DNA of 59,955 nucleotides from assembly GCA_002104905.1 (NCBI GenBank), contig MCFE01000546.1, positions 1 to 59,955 of the forward strand. The letters run 5' to 3'. Source of the DNA: Basidiobolus meristosporus CBS 931.73. Taxonomy: Eukaryota; Fungi; Basidiobolomycota. Under the pieces are notes generated by a model. The model searched no databases and had not been told where the DNA came from. It worked only from the letters and a program-made list of their open reading frames with translations. Made by a program: the position numbers and the translations under genes. This document shows positions 37,521-50,234 of the stretch, piece by piece; the first letter of the stretch is position 1; the number at the start of each line of letters is the position of its first letter.

Positions 37521-39449
37521 CTAGCCTAGAATTGTTAAGTAAGTTTTTAGCTGCTGAATGATACCAAATAGTCCAATATTTGAACACTCCCCCTCAACTA
37601 AATAATTTCTTAATCCCAATTTCTCTCTAAGGATCTCAAACTGTGGCCTAGCTAGTGGTTTTGTCAATATGTCTGCCACCATTTTGTCAGTTGGGCAGTA
37701 AACCAGCTCTACTAAGTTATTTTCTACAGCTTCCCTCACAAAGTGATGCTGTATATCAATGTGCTTAGTTCTGGCATGATTAGTAGGATTTCTAGCTAAT
37801 GAAATATAACTTTGATTATCCTTGTAAATACATGTTGGTTCACCTGAATTAAAACCTAAGTCTTTGAATAATCTTTGTAGCCATATAGCCTCCTTAGTTG
37901 CTTGACATGCAGCCATATATTTGGCTTCAGTTGTAGATAGTGCCACAGTTGGTTGTTTCTTGCAATTCCAAGTAATAGCTGCACCAGCATAAAGAAATAC
38001 ATAGCCTGTGGTAGAGTGTCTGTCAATCAGATCTCTACCCCAATCTGAATCACTATAACCATCAAATTTTCGCCTATTAGCTGCTCCAGAGTATTCCAGT
38101 ACCATATTTATGGTACCTTGTAAATATCTGAAAATCCGCTTAACTGCTGCAATTTGATCTGATCCATAATTCTGCATGAATTGACTGACTATTCCAACTG
38201 CTACTGCAATATCTGGACATGTAGACACCATCAAGTACATTAGGCTACCGACCATTGATTGATAGGGAAAGTTTTGGTCCATATTTGAGCCGTTTTCATC
38301 TATAACTGGCTGAGATTTGCTTAATTTCAGGTTATTGTCCATAGGGGTTGCTACAGGTTTGCAATTTTCCATTTTGAAGCGTCTAAGAATGTCCCTGATG
38401 TACTTAGACTGATTCAGCACAATTTTCTGCGTAGGTATGTCAAATTTGACCTCAATTCCAAGAAAATAGCTCAATTTTCCAAGATCTTTCATCTCAAACT
38501 TGCTGAAGAGATCTGATTTCGTCTGTTTAAGTGCCTCTTGATCACTTGTAGCTATAATTAGGTCGTCCACATAAAGAACTAGGATGATCACACCCTTTTT
38601 GAGCTGTTTCACATATATACTGTGATCTGCAGTGCTACGAGAGAACCCAATTTCCTCTAGATATGTGTCAATCTTGTTATACCATGCTCTGGGTGCCTGC
38701 TTAAGCCCATACAATGATTTTCTAAGTTTGCACACCTTATGGGGGCTTTTTGGATCGGTAAAACCTTCTGGTTGCTCCATATATATAGTTTCTTGCAAAT
38801 CCCCATTTAGAAAGGCTGTTTTGACGTCCATTTGGTGTAAATCTAGGCTGTGTACAGCTGCCAGGGCTAGAACTGTCCTAATAGAGTTAAACTTGGCAAC
38901 CAGAGCAAATGTTTCCTTAAAGTCTAGTCCCTGGATCTGGGAATAGCCTTTAGCTACCAATCTAGCCTTGTACTTATCAACGGCACCATTTGTGGTTATC
39001 TTGATCTTGTAGACCCATCTACATCCTATTGGCTTTCTCCCATTTGGTAAATCTACCAGTTCCCACGTTTTTGCCTTGATCAGTGATTGGTACTCCTCCT
39101 GCATGGCTTGTTGCCACTTAGTAGCATCTGGACCTTGCATTGCCTGTTCCAGATTCTGAGGTTTGGCACATAAGGCAAGATAAGCTTCTTCATGATCATT
39201 GGATGTCTGCCACCAGGATCCAGGGGCATTTCTTATTCTGGTAGATCTCCTAACTGGGATAATCTGTTCTGATCTGGAACTGGTAGAAGTATCTTCCATC
39301 TCTGGCTGGATTTGGTACGTATCTTCTTCATTTGTGTTGATTGCATCATCAGGCAGCTGGCCAATGATTTCTGTGGCTTTCTGATCTGAATTCTCCTCAA
39401 ATACAACGTCCCTGCTCTTGATCAGCTTCTGAATCTCGCCATCATACAC
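37521..39449 (-). CDS. pol: Copia RT-RNase H part of pol (after a 1-nt frameshift); runs into the LTR because the TGA became TCA
   Basis: KYKARLVAKGY, QMDVKTAFLNG, LYGLKQAPRAW, LYVDDL, YSDSDW, RTKHIDI, VADILTKPL. Confidence 0.95.
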   Translation of the reverse strand: MYDGEIQKLIKSRDVVFEENSDQKATEIIGQLPDDAINTNEEDTYQIQPEMEDTSTSSRSEQIIPVRRSTRIRNAPGSWWQTSNDHEEAYLALCAKPQNLEQAMQGPDATKWQQAMQEEYQSLIKAKTWELVDLPNGRKPIGCRWVYKIKITTNGAVDKYKARLVAKGYSQIQGLDFKETFALVAKFNSIRTVLALAAVHSLDLHQMDVKTAFLNGDLQETIYMEQPEGFTDPKSPHKVCKLRKSLYGLKQAPRAWYNKIDTYLEEIGFSRSTADHSIYVKQLKKGVIILVLYVDDLIIATSDQEALKQTKSDLFSKFEMKDLGKLSYFLGIEVKFDIPTQKIVLNQSKYIRDILRRFKMENCKPVATPMDNNLKLSKSQPVIDENGSNMDQNFPYQSMVGSLMYLMVSTCPDIAVAVGIVSQFMQNYGSDQIAAVKRIFRYLQGTINMVLEYSGAANRRKFDGYSDSDWGRDLIDRHSTTGYVFLYAGAAITWNCKKQPTVALSTTEAKYMAACQATKEAIWLQRLFKDLGFNSGEPTCIYKDNQSYISLARNPTNHARTKHIDIQHHFVREAVENNLVELVYCPTDKMVADILTKPLARPQFEILREKLGLRNYLVEGECSNIGLFGIIQQLKTYLTILG

Positions 39450-39880
39450 TCTATACCCTTTAGTATCTTCACAATACCCAAGAAGATCCCTTTTCTACTC
39501 TTTGGTTCCAACTTTGAGCGTTTTTTGTCAGGGATGTGATAAAAAACATCACTGCCAAAGATCCTGAGGTGCTGGAGATCTGGTTTTTTGCCTGTATATG
39601 CTTCAAAGGGTGTAGAATCACGTAGTGCTGTTGTTGGGCATCTGTTCTTGATGTATACAGCGGTAGCAACAGATTCAGCCCAAAACTTGTAGTCCACTCC
39701 CTTATCATGTAGCATAGATCTTCCCATCTCTACTATTGTTCTATTTGCACGTTCTGGTACTCCATTTTGCTGTGGAGTATGAGGAACTGTGGTCTGTTGA
39801 AGTATACCAGTAGACAAGCAGTATTTTGCAAACTCCTTTGAGCAGTATTCTCCTCCATTGTCACTTCGTAGTACCTTCAA
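39422..39880 (-). CDS. pol: Copia integrase core fragment
   Basis: LRSDNGGEY, PQQNGVPERANRT; in frame with the upstream ORF across a TAA at 39881. Confidence 0.92.
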   Translation of the reverse strand: MKVLRSDNGGEYCSKEFAKYCLSTGILQQTTVPHTPQQNGVPERANRTIVEMGRSMLHDKGVDYKFWAESVATAVYIKNRCPTTALRDSTPFEAYTGKKPDLQHLRIFGSDVFYHIPDKKRSKLEPKSRKGIFLGIVKILKGIECMMARFRS

Positions 39881-40990
39881 TTAACACCCAGTTTGTGTTT
39901 CTGCCATGTTCTTGAAGTGCTTAAACGTCTCTAAAGCTTCATCCTTTGTTTTGAGGAAGTACACCCATGTATATCTTGTCTTGTCATCAATAAACGTCAT
40001 AAAGTATCTCTTGGCTCCAAAGGACAGTGTTCTCATGGGGCCACATATGTCTGAGTGTACAATAGCCAATATTTCGGTGGTATTGATGCCTTCTGAGCTC
40101 TTAAAACGTTGCCTAGCTTGTTTGCCATATGAACATCCCTTACAAACATTCAGTTTGATCAGAATTGAGTATTTTAGGCCCAAAACAAGCTGATTTTTCA
40201 CCAATTGGCTCATTTCCTGTTCCCCAATGTGTCCTAGCCTCTTTTTGTCTGCTTGTTTCTTCTTGCATTCTCTTGCCCAGTGTCCTGGCTTCTTACAGTA
40301 GTTACAGCAGCCAGGTTTTCTTTGGTTTTGTTGCTTTCCCTTCTTTTCTGTGTGCCTTTCTGAACTGAATAAAGCATTATCTTCAATTTTCTCTGCTTGG
40401 TCATTACATCTGAGTTCTTCATGGAGAAGTCTTCCTTTGACATAGTCTAAAGTCAAGTTATCTTCTCTGCTTTCAAAAGAAAGTATGAGTGGCTCATACT
40501 CGTCTGGTAGGCTGCAAAGCAGACAGAGTATCTTTTCTTCATCATCTACACCAGCATTAATACTGTAAAGTTCTTCTGCAAGTGTCTCCATTCTGGTAAT
40601 GAGTTGTAGCATGTCATCATCTGGCTTTTTTCTCATGTTGAAGAACTTTTGTTTCAAATAAAGCTTGCTTGATACTGACTTTGCTCTAAAGATCTTCTCC
40701 AAGGATTCCCATGCTGCTTTGGCAGTATTTGAGGCATGGATTTGTCCAATGAAGAAGTCTTGCACATTGATGCATATTGCATTGAAGGCCTTTCTCTCCT
40801 TCTCCTGAAACTTCTCCAAATCTTCTGCTGTTCCTTTGGGCTCAATTTCCTTTCCTGTTACTATGTTCCAAAGCTTTCTTTCCTCAAGGTGGATCTGCAT
40901 CTTGATTCTCCAAAGTCTGTAGTTCTTCCCATCAAACCTTTCCTTTACAGGGAAGATGTTGGTATTGCTTTGTTTGCTGGTAGAAGTCAT
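39881..40990 (-). CDS. gag: Copia Gag fused in frame to the integrase N-terminus (protease region deleted)
   Basis: FDGKNYRLW, CCHC CNYCKKPGHWAREC, then directly RLGHIG..CKGC..VHSDICGP. Confidence 0.93.
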   Translation of the reverse strand: MTSTSKQSNTNIFPVKERFDGKNYRLWRIKMQIHLEERKLWNIVTGKEIEPKGTAEDLEKFQEKERKAFNAICINVQDFFIGQIHASNTAKAAWESLEKIFRAKSVSSKLYLKQKFFNMRKKPDDDMLQLITRMETLAEELYSINAGVDDEEKILCLLCSLPDEYEPLILSFESREDNLTLDYVKGRLLHEELRCNDQAEKIEDNALFSSERHTEKKGKQQNQRKPGCCNYCKKPGHWARECKKKQADKKRLGHIGEQEMSQLVKNQLVLGLKYSILIKLNVCKGCSYGKQARQRFKSSEGINTTEILAIVHSDICGPMRTLSFGAKRYFMTFIDDKTRYTWVYFLKTKDEALETFKHFKNMAETQTGC

Positions 40991-41967
40991 CTTTAGAATA
41001 GATTAAGGCAATCGGGGCTCATAACCTGTTGCAATTTAAGAAGTAATTTGGATATAAGGAACTTATCAAGAAATAGTGATAATAGTTGAACTGTTGTTTA
41101 TTCATAAAGAAGCTCAGTATTTATACCTTTGTAGAAGTAATACAGCTGCAACACTAAGTAGGGAGGGTTTCTCAATATTCAGGAGCATTCTGTAACAGTT
41201 TCAGGGTTAGTACATAATGTTTGGTAATAGTGCTAATTTGATCCTGACTATAGGGGAATAATCATAAGATCATATATCTGGAGAAAGTGGCAAAGTAAAG
41301 CCAGTAAATGAGTCCTACAGTGACTAAGACTAGCCTAGAATTGTTAAGTAAATTTTTAGCTGCTGAATGATACCAAATAGTCCAATATTTCAACAGAACA
41401 GGCAATACAGAGTCCACATGCTGCTCTGTTGCAACAAGCCATGCTGGTGGGGTGCTTATCACTGATCAGGGTAAAATGTGGGAACTGGTATATTTACCCA
41501 ATGGGAGTAAGCCAATAGTATGTTGATGGGCCCACAAGATCAAGATAACCACAAATGGTCCTGTTGATTGGTAAAAGGCTAGATTTGTGGCCAAAGACTA
41601 TTCCCAAATTCAGGTACTAGAGTTTAAGGAAACAATTGCTCTGGTTGCCAAGTTTAACTCCATTAGGACAGTCTAGCCCTGGCAGCTGTACACAGTCTAG
41701 ATCAACACCAAATGGATATTAAAAGTGCCATTCTATATGGGAATCTGCAAGTCACTATATTCATGGAGCTACCAGAAGGTTTTACCAAGCCAAAAGGCCC
41801 CCATAAGGTGTGCAGACTTAGAAATTGTTGTATGAGCTTAGGCATGCTCGAACAGCAAGGTATTACAAGATTGATGCGTATATAGGGGAGATTGGGCTCA
41901 TTTGACGTACTGCAAGCTTCAGAATATCTGTGAAACAGCTTAAAATGGATGTGATCATCTTAGCTCT

Positions 41968-42890
41968 TGTTGAAATATTGGACTATTTGGTATCATTCAG
42001 CAGCTAAAGATTAGTTAAGCAATTCTGGACTAGGTGCTGTCACTGTGGGACTAAACTACAGCTCTAACTTTGACACTTTCTTCAGATCTATGATCTTATG
42101 AATATTCCCTTTAGTCATGATCAAGGTAGCACTATTACTAAGTATTATGTACTAACCCTGAAGCAGCTACAGAATGCTCCTGAATATTGAGAAACCCTCC
42201 TTACTTAGTGTTACCGCATTATTATTTCTACAAAGGTGTAAATACTGAGCTTCTTTAATAATGCACACCAGGTCAACTATTATAACTATTTCTTGAAAAG
42301 TTCCTTATATCCAAATCACTTCCTAAATTGTAACAGGTTATGAGCCCCCATTGCCTTAATCTTTTCTAAAGATGATTTTACTAGCAAACATAACAACACA
42401 AACATCTTTCCTGTTAAGGAGAGGCTTGATGGGAAGAACTACAGACTTTGAAGAATCAAGATGCAGATAAGCCTTGAGGAAAGGAAGCATTGGAATATAG
42501 TAAGAGGAAAGAAGCTGAACCCAAAGGCACAGCAGAAGAAGTGGAGAAGTTTCAAGTGAAGGAGAGAAAGGCCTTTAATGCCATATGTATCAATGCTCAG
42601 ATTCCTTCATTGGACAAGTCCACGCCTCAAATACTGCCAAAGCAGCATGGGAATACTTAGAAAAGTTCTTTAGAGCAAAGTCAGTATCAAGCAAGCTTTG
42701 TTTAAAACAAAAGTTCTTCAACATGAGGAAGTAGCCAGATGATGACATGCTTCACCTCATTACTGGAATGGAGACACTTGTAGAAGAACTTTACAGTATC
42801 AATGCTGGTGTATATGATGAAGCAAAGATACTCTGTCTGCTTTGCAGCTTACCAGACAAGTATGAACAACTCATACTTTCTTTTGAAAGC
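41968..42890 (+). mobile_element. Truncated Copia family-B copy (LTR 41968-42335, PBS, decayed gag)
   Basis: TGTTGAAATATTGG..TTGTAACA + GGTTATGAGCCC; inserted just before the YVDD region of an older copy. Confidence 0.85.
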
Positions 42891-42899
42891 TTTACCTCC

Positions 42900-44800
42900 T
42901 CTGAGCACAATGGCACCATTTAGCACTTATGGCCCAATATACCGCTATCTAACAGTAAAAGCTTGTTATATTCCACTGTAGAATTACCCCTCTTTATTTG
43001 CGTACCCACTACTACCTTGGGTATTCCACATTTAGTTCAAATAAAAAAAAACTATAGCCTCCTGCTTACTAACCTCTACAAATGTGCACACCTTCTACAA
43101 TTGGCATACTTCTATTACCTCATCTTTAAAGCTCTTTAGTGTGATCCATGCAAATTTGCCATATACCTTGTGCTGCTGGTAACATATACATCTTGTAAAC
43201 ATATGCTTGGTTGTTGCCACCTCTGTCATGAATACCTCCTGAATATCTGCAAAGAACTTCTTGGTATTGTGCCAATATATCCCTTTTCCCTACTGGACTC
43301 TAGTCCTCCCTTTTGGTGTGCTCTGGCTTTTGTTTGTGTGAATTCTGTATTGAATGGTGTAGAAGTTGGCTTGTGTCCATCAGAAATCCAGCATACATTG
43401 GTAGAGCTTTCCTGATAAAAACTAGTTGCTTGTTGCACCCAACCCAACATGGCATTACATAACTGATTACCCATGTATTGGGGCTGGTTAGCTTCTTAAT
43501 GCCATTGGCATAGATGTCTCCATGTGCACATTTGTCTTCAGTATTTTCTAACTCTTCCTGGCTGTCCTCTATGTGTCATCTCATCACATCAATGATGAAC
43601 TGAAAGGTAATATTCTTGATGAGATTGGGATATGGTAGTACCAGCAGCTTGACTTGTCTTCCTATCTCCCCACACATCTGCTCCAGAGGAAACTCCCAAA
43701 ATGTGAAGCAAGGCCCAATATTCTCCTCACACTGTGAAAGATGGAGTAGAATGGATACAGTAGTGGCAGAGATCTACATGCCCAGCTTTATGTTTGTAGT
43801 ATAGCTGCTCAAGTCCTGTCACAAGCTCCTTGCACAACGGCTGTAGATGTTTCGAGTTGGCATTGGTGATCCACTTCTGGAAAAACATTCCTACAATGAT
43901 CAAACATGACTTCCAATGCTTTCAATGCACTCTTGGAAGGAATGGCTTCAGAGCACCACCTGAATAAATACATATCCAGCTCATCCAGTCTTTGCATTTG
44001 TATTGTTGCATATGCATTTGAATATTAATTGAAGCCCATGAGAAATACTCAGGATAGTGGATACTCTGCAATATCTTGGCAATTCTTTCATATTTCTCCA
44101 GTATCTCAAAGGGCTCATTTAGCTTGAGATGCCCTAAGCACAACTTGGCCATCAGTGCAGGGATATTGTAGAAAAGCAAATGCATTGCACCCAGTGGAAA
44201 GCTTTTGCTCCAGCAGATACCCTCAATCTTAAGTATCTCTGGTTTCCAATTGATTCCACATTCTGACCAATGGCATATATATTGCCAAATTTACTGCAAT
44301 TGCATGCTGACTTCTGTGTGTTCTCTCTGTGGAAAGATGATGTCCTTAGTGCTGCTGCTTGGGTAATAATGACATGTGTGAGTTTTAGAGTAAATCCCCT
44401 GGATCTCACACATTCAACAGCAATTGGGTCCATTGTGCCCAGAAAGAGCTGCTATCTTGCTGATGGCTGGAGCATCTTCAATGCAGATAATAATATGTGC
44501 TTTTACATGATGCCCATTTACTATCATCCCACTGGAAAGCATATAAAGCTCATCCAGCAATGTGTACAGGTATCTATCCAGGTTGGACGGTGATTTAGGC
44601 CCAGATGCCAGTGAGACTACCATCAGATTATTGCTTTGTTTCCATATGATGGGTGGCAGATTCAGATTGATGAGAATCAGTGGCCAGCAGGATTTGCTAG
44701 TAGAGTGCTTGTTTATTAAGAAGCCAGCAAGTGCTTAAGCAATGGCATGGTCATAAATACCTTCAAGGTAGCCCTTGCTTCTTAGCTGTTTGTAATGTTT
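42900..44800 (-). pseudogene. Decayed CACTA/EnSpm (Transposase_21-like, CMC superfamily) transposase
   Basis: SGPKSPSNLDRYLYTLLDELYML..G..V...VKAHIII..EDAPAISKIAALSGHNG..CC matches the CACTA catalytic-core pattern (GPK.P..L..L.DEL, D.PA..K..G..GH.G..C). Confidence 0.8.
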
Positions 44801-45299
44801 GCCATACCATGATCTTTCATTGCAGCTTAAATCTATATCTTGATCTATAAATCCTAAAACTAATTTCTATCTATCTCCACTCAATACTGAGAAGCTCAGC
44901 TTAGTCAAAGGAAATCAGAATCCCTGTGTGTTACTTTTCTCACTGGGAGTAGGTTTACAGCAATTTAAGACACATACAGTATGTGAATTTGTTTTGTTGA
45001 TGTTACCCCTGCTCTATTACTAATATTATGCTGTATAGACTCAGCTGAGGTTGCTTTCAATGCAGAGTTGTATCTAAGATGCATCTATTATTTAGCAATA
45101 GTCTTCAAGTTGATAAACTACTTCTTTATACCACAGATATGCTGTGAAGCTCCAGAGTCAATATACCATTAATCACAGTGGTTACTTGTGCACTCTTTGC
45201 CAGTTTCAAACATCTCACTGCCTGTGGTTGTAGGTTTTCATGTTGGAGTTTCTGTTTTGATTTGTGTGTTTTTACTTGCATTATTTGGCCCAGCATCCT

Positions 45300-46590
45300 T
45301 GCTTCTCACAGTTATTGCAGTTAGAGGGTTTTTTTGGAATTGTTGCAATCACTTCTTATCTGTGTGACCTTTGGAGCTGAATAAAGCATCAACTTCAGCT
45401 TTCTGTGCTTAGTTATATATCTGAGTTGCTCTTGGAAATGCCTACCTTCAACATAGCCTTTAGGGCAGGTTTTCTTCTCTGCTTTCAAAAGACAGATTGA
45501 GTAGCTCATACTTGTCAGTTTACCTGCTAAGCAAACTGATTGTCATTTCCCCAGTATTTACAACAGTATTGATTCTGATGCAAACTTCTGCAAGTGACCC
45601 CATTCAAGTAATGAGTGGGGGCATGCCACTATCTAGCCACTTCCTCATGTTCAAAAACTTTCTTTTTGAATAAAGCTTGCTTACACACTTTACTCAGAAG
45701 ATCTTCTCTAAGAGCTTCCATGGTACTTTGCAGTATTAGAAGCACAAATTTGTCCCATGAAGGAATCTTGCCCATTGATAAATGTGACATAAAAGGCATT
45801 TTTCTCCTGCCCCTGAAAAATTTTGACTTTTTCTGCAGTTCCTTTGGGCTCAAATTTCTTAGTGGTTATCATATTTGAAAGTGCTTTTCCTCTGGGTGAT
45901 TTTGCAACTTGATTCTTTAAAAGTCTGCAGTTCTTTTGTTCTGTTATGATCTACCACTTAAATGTTTAAGTTGGTGTTATAAGTTTTGATAAACAAGTTG
46001 TAGAGGAGTAGAGGGGGGCTTCTTTACTCTCCAGGGGGAAGGCTTCCAGTTATTACTACTACCAAAATTACAAGTCTTGATACAACAGTTTTAGAGGAAT
46101 AGGGAGTGTAGCTAGTCTTACATTCACTAAATGCTGAACTGATTCTTAATACCAATGCTACTGGTTTACTACTTCTTGGGTGATGAAGATGCAATTGATT
46201 GAGACATCAGCAACAACCTGTATGGGAAATACAACTAGTCAGCAATCAATATGGCTTAATATATATAGGGACCTACTCAAATATCAATAAAAATCAGCTC
46301 AAGTTTTAGTAAATATAAGACTAGCTAAACTCCCTATACCTCTACAACTCCTATTGCAAGATTTGCAACAGTTCAAACCTTACCATTTCAGCAAAGATAT
46401 TTGTTTTGTTTGGTTTACTAGTATATTTGCTGTTAGAATAGACTAAGGCAATTTGGGCCCACAACCTGTTGTAACTTAAGAAGTGTTATGAATCTAGGGA
46501 ACTTATCAAGATATTTTGGTATTACTGGATTTGACTTTAGACTATGTCAAAGGAAGACTTCTCAATGAAGTACTCAGATATAATGATCAA
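45300..46590 (-). pseudogene. Decayed Copia family-B 5' end (LTR end, PBS, gag), interrupted by a family-G solo LTR
   Basis: Reverse-complement gag similarity; PBS-like GGTTGTGGGGCCC near 46459-46471. Confidence 0.7.
45942..46370 (+). mobile_element. Rearranged family-G solo LTR with an internal inverted LTR-end/PBS segment
   Basis: TG..CA ends with 4-bp TSD GTTC. About 45975-46160 is a reverse complement of G LTR-end, PBS and leader pieces. Confidence 0.78.
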
Positions 46591-48920
46591 GTAGAAAAAA
46601 TTGAGGATAATGCTTTATTCAGCTCAGAATGACACTCAGAGAAGAAGGGAAAGCAACAAAGCCAAAGAAAACCTGGTTGCTGTGACCACTGTAAAAAGCC
46701 AGGACCCTGGGCAAGAGAATGCAGGAAGAAACAAGCAGACAAAAAACAGAAACCAGAGCAGGCAAACCATATAACTACTGATGAACAGTTATTTGTAACC
46801 ATACAAGAGAGTGCAAGTAACCACAGTAATGAATGGTATACTGACTCTGGAGCATCACAAAATATTTGTAGTATAAAGGAGTGATTCAGAAACTTGAAGA
46901 CTATACCTGTAAGAATGGCTTATCCAGGAGATAACTCTGCTCTGGAAGCTACTGCCAGTGGGTCTATACAACTAAATATGAGTAATGGCTCAGGAGCAAC
47001 AACAGCAAGACTGACTAATGTACTTTATGTACCTGGAATAGCAAAGAACCCACTCTCAGTCAGTAAACTAACCGCTCAGGGACTGAAATTTGCTTTTACT
47101 AAGATGATCTGCTTGTTACTGTGTGAAAATATACAAAAATTAGCTTTGGGAATCAGAAATCATAATATATACAAGTTACAATGCAAGATCATTGTATCTG
47201 AGTATGTCAACATTGCTGAAACTTATGTAATCAACTGGGAGACATGGCATAGGAGGCTAGGTCACATTGGGGAACAGAAAATGAGCCAATTGGCAAAAAG
47301 CATGTTGTTTTGGGCCTAAAGTACTTAATACCAATCAAATTGAATATTTGTAAGGTGTTCATATGACAACCAAGCTAGGCAATGCTTCAAGAGCCCAGAA
47401 GGCATCAATACCACCAAAATACTGGCTATTGTACACTCAGACATATGTGCCCCATTAGAACACTGTCTTTTGGAGCCAAGAGATACATTATGATATTTAT
47501 TCATGGCAAAACAAGATATACATGGATATACTTCCTCAAAACAAAGGATAATGCTTCAGAGACATTTAAGCACTTGAAAAACATGGCAGAAATGCAAACT
47601 GTGTGTAAGTTGAAGTTACTATAAAATGACAACGGAGGAGAATACTGTTCAAAGGAGTTTGCAAAAAACTGCTCATCTACTGTATACTTCAACAGACCAC
47701 AGCTTCTCATACTCCTCAGTAAAGTGGAGTAGCAGAATGTGCAAATAGAACAAATGTAGAGATGAGAAGATGTATATTGCATGATAAGGGAATGGACTAC
47801 CAGTGTGGGCTGAATATGTTGCTACCGCAGTTTACATCAGGAACAGATACCCAGCAACAGCACTACACAATTCTACACCCTTTGAAGTATATACAGGCAA
47901 GAAACCAGATCTTGAATACCTCAAGATCTTTGGCAGTGATATTTTTTATCACATCCCTGACAAAAAACACTCAAATTTGGAACCAAAGATTAGGAAAGGT
48001 ATCTTTCTTGGGTATTGTGAAGATACTAAAGAGTATAGGGTGCATGATAGCAATATTCAGAAGCTAATTCAGATCATAAAGCCACTGAAATCATTGGCCA
48101 GCTACCTGATGATGCAATTAACACTAATGAAGACAAAACATACCTAATTCAGCCAGATACAGATGACAATTCTGCAAGTTCCAGAACAGAGGAGATTATC
48201 CCAGTTAGGAGATCTACCCAAATAAGAAATGCCCCTGTATCTTGGTGGCAGATATCCAATGATCATGAAGAAGCTTATCTTGCCTTATGTGCTGAACCTC
48301 AGAATCTGGAACAGGCAATGCAAAGTCCAGATGCTACTAAGTGGCAACAAGCCAAGCAGGGGGAGTACCAATCACTGATCAAAGCAAAAATGTTGGAACT
48401 GGTAGATTTACCAAATGGGAGAGAGCCTGTAGTATGTAGATAGGTTTACAACATCAAGATAATATCAAATGGTGCTGTTGATAAGTACAAGGCTAGACTG
48501 GTGGCTAAAGGCTATTCTCAGCTCCAGGGACTAGACTTTAAGGAAACATTTGCTCTGGTTGCCAAGTTTTACTCCATTAGGAAAGTTCTAGCCCTGGCAG
48601 CTGTACACAGTCTAGATCTACACCAAATGGACATTAAAAGAGCCTGTTTAAATAGGGACTTGCAACAAACTATATATATAGAGCAACCAGAGGGTTTTAC
48701 CGGTCCAAAAGACCCTATAATGTGTGTAAACTTAGAAAATCATTGTATGGGCTTAGGCAGGCACCTTGAGCTTAGTATAGCAAGATTGACACATACCTAG
48801 AGCAAGATGAGTTTTCTTGTAGCACTGCAGATCACAATATATATATGTGAAACAGCTCAAAAAGGGTGTGATCATCCTAGTTCTTTATATGGATGACCTA
48901 ATTATTGCTACCAGTGACCA
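46590..48920 (+). pseudogene. Decayed Copia family-B gag end, PR, IN and RT start
   Basis: ORF pieces 46894-47319, 47803-48147 and 48501-48800 match B Pol. Confidence 0.85.
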
Positions 48921-48924
48921 AGAT

Positions 48925-50045
48925 TGCCATTGACTAGGACTCAGCTATGTTTAGAGTTGGAAAGCCCACAATGACTAATCAGAGAGGCTACAATCACTAT
49001 GAAAGAAGACAATCAGAAGCAGTGCCAATGGAAATAGATGCTATGCAGAAGAATCCTAACTCAGAAGAATGTAAGAAGAAAGGACTTTGCTTCAATTGCC
49101 ACCAGCAGGGACATATTGCAAAGTACTGCCCTCAGAGACAAAATGGACACCAGCCATCAAGAACCTGTAACCATATTGAGGCCATGGAGCATAGTAGCAT
49201 GGAGGATGAACTTGAAGAAGACTCAGAACTCACCATCCATATGACAGAAGAATACCTATCCCAGATGACCTCAAACCCAGGAAAGCTATTATACTTGAAT
49301 GGAGTAATCAATGGAGTACCTGCTAAGATCATGATTGACTCATGAGCATTGCATGAGTGCATGTCAGAACAATTTGCTTTGAAAGCTGGAATCAACTTGG
49401 AGCCCACCAAGTCAACTTCAGTCTTAACAGCTGATGGGAACTCTCACATAATCAACCATATTACTCAGCCAGTAGGATGAAGATCAATGACTATGAAGAA
49501 GATCTACAGGCCTGTATATTTAGGAACTGCAAGTTTGACCTTGTACTTGGGAAAACCTGGCTATTTAGTCATAATGCATCAATCAAGTGGAGAACCATGC
49601 CACTCAGATCCAGAAGGACAACAAGACCTATGGGCTATTACCTGCTAGACTAGATTTTAACTTGTTCAATCCAGTGTGTATGAAACAGGTGAGCTTAGCA
49701 AGACACAGTTCTGGAGAGCACTACAAAAAGGAACCCAGATGCTCCTCATGGCAGTATTAGAGGGGGATTCCTCTACTTCAGTACACCACAAGGCCCAGAC
49801 TCTTTTGAAGGAATATTCAGACGTATTTCCAGATGAGCTTGTAAGCCTATAACCAGTCAGAGACATGGATCATGCCATTGAAACAGGAGATAGCCCTTCA
49901 GTGAGTAAGACACCTTACAGAATGAGTCCATTAGAGTTGGAAGAGATGAAGAGACAAATAGATCAGCTACTGGAGCAAGGATATATCAGACCCAGCAAGT
50001 CACCTTAGGGAGCACCAGTGCTTTTTGTGAAGAAGTAGGATGGAA
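48925..50045 (+). pseudogene. Family-G Gypsy fragment (gag end, protease, RT start), uninterrupted at the gag-PR junction
   Basis: ORF 48947-49345 reads [31 protein letters not shown]. Confidence 0.9.
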
Positions 50046-50234
50046 CACTGGCATCTTGAGGTAGAACCTGTGTCACAGTTTTCTACTAGGATTCTTCCAT
50101 TGCAGTCAACTCTCTGAGGTATCCAGCTCTACTAGATTAATCAGCAATGCCCAAGTATATGTATGAAGGCTAAAAATAGACATTTGGGGCATACTAAAAT
50201 CATTAGGCAAATACCAAGCCAGATCCATCATTGA

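Larger units (their letters stand above)
37218..41395 (-). mobile_element. Ty1/Copia LTR retrotransposon, family B, protease-deleted
   Basis: 369-bp LTRs (37218-37586, 41027-41395; about 4 differences). TSD GAACA. PBS GGTTATGAGCCC (41015-41026). PPT GTTGAGGGGGAG. Gag-IN-RT-RH order. Confidence 0.96.
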
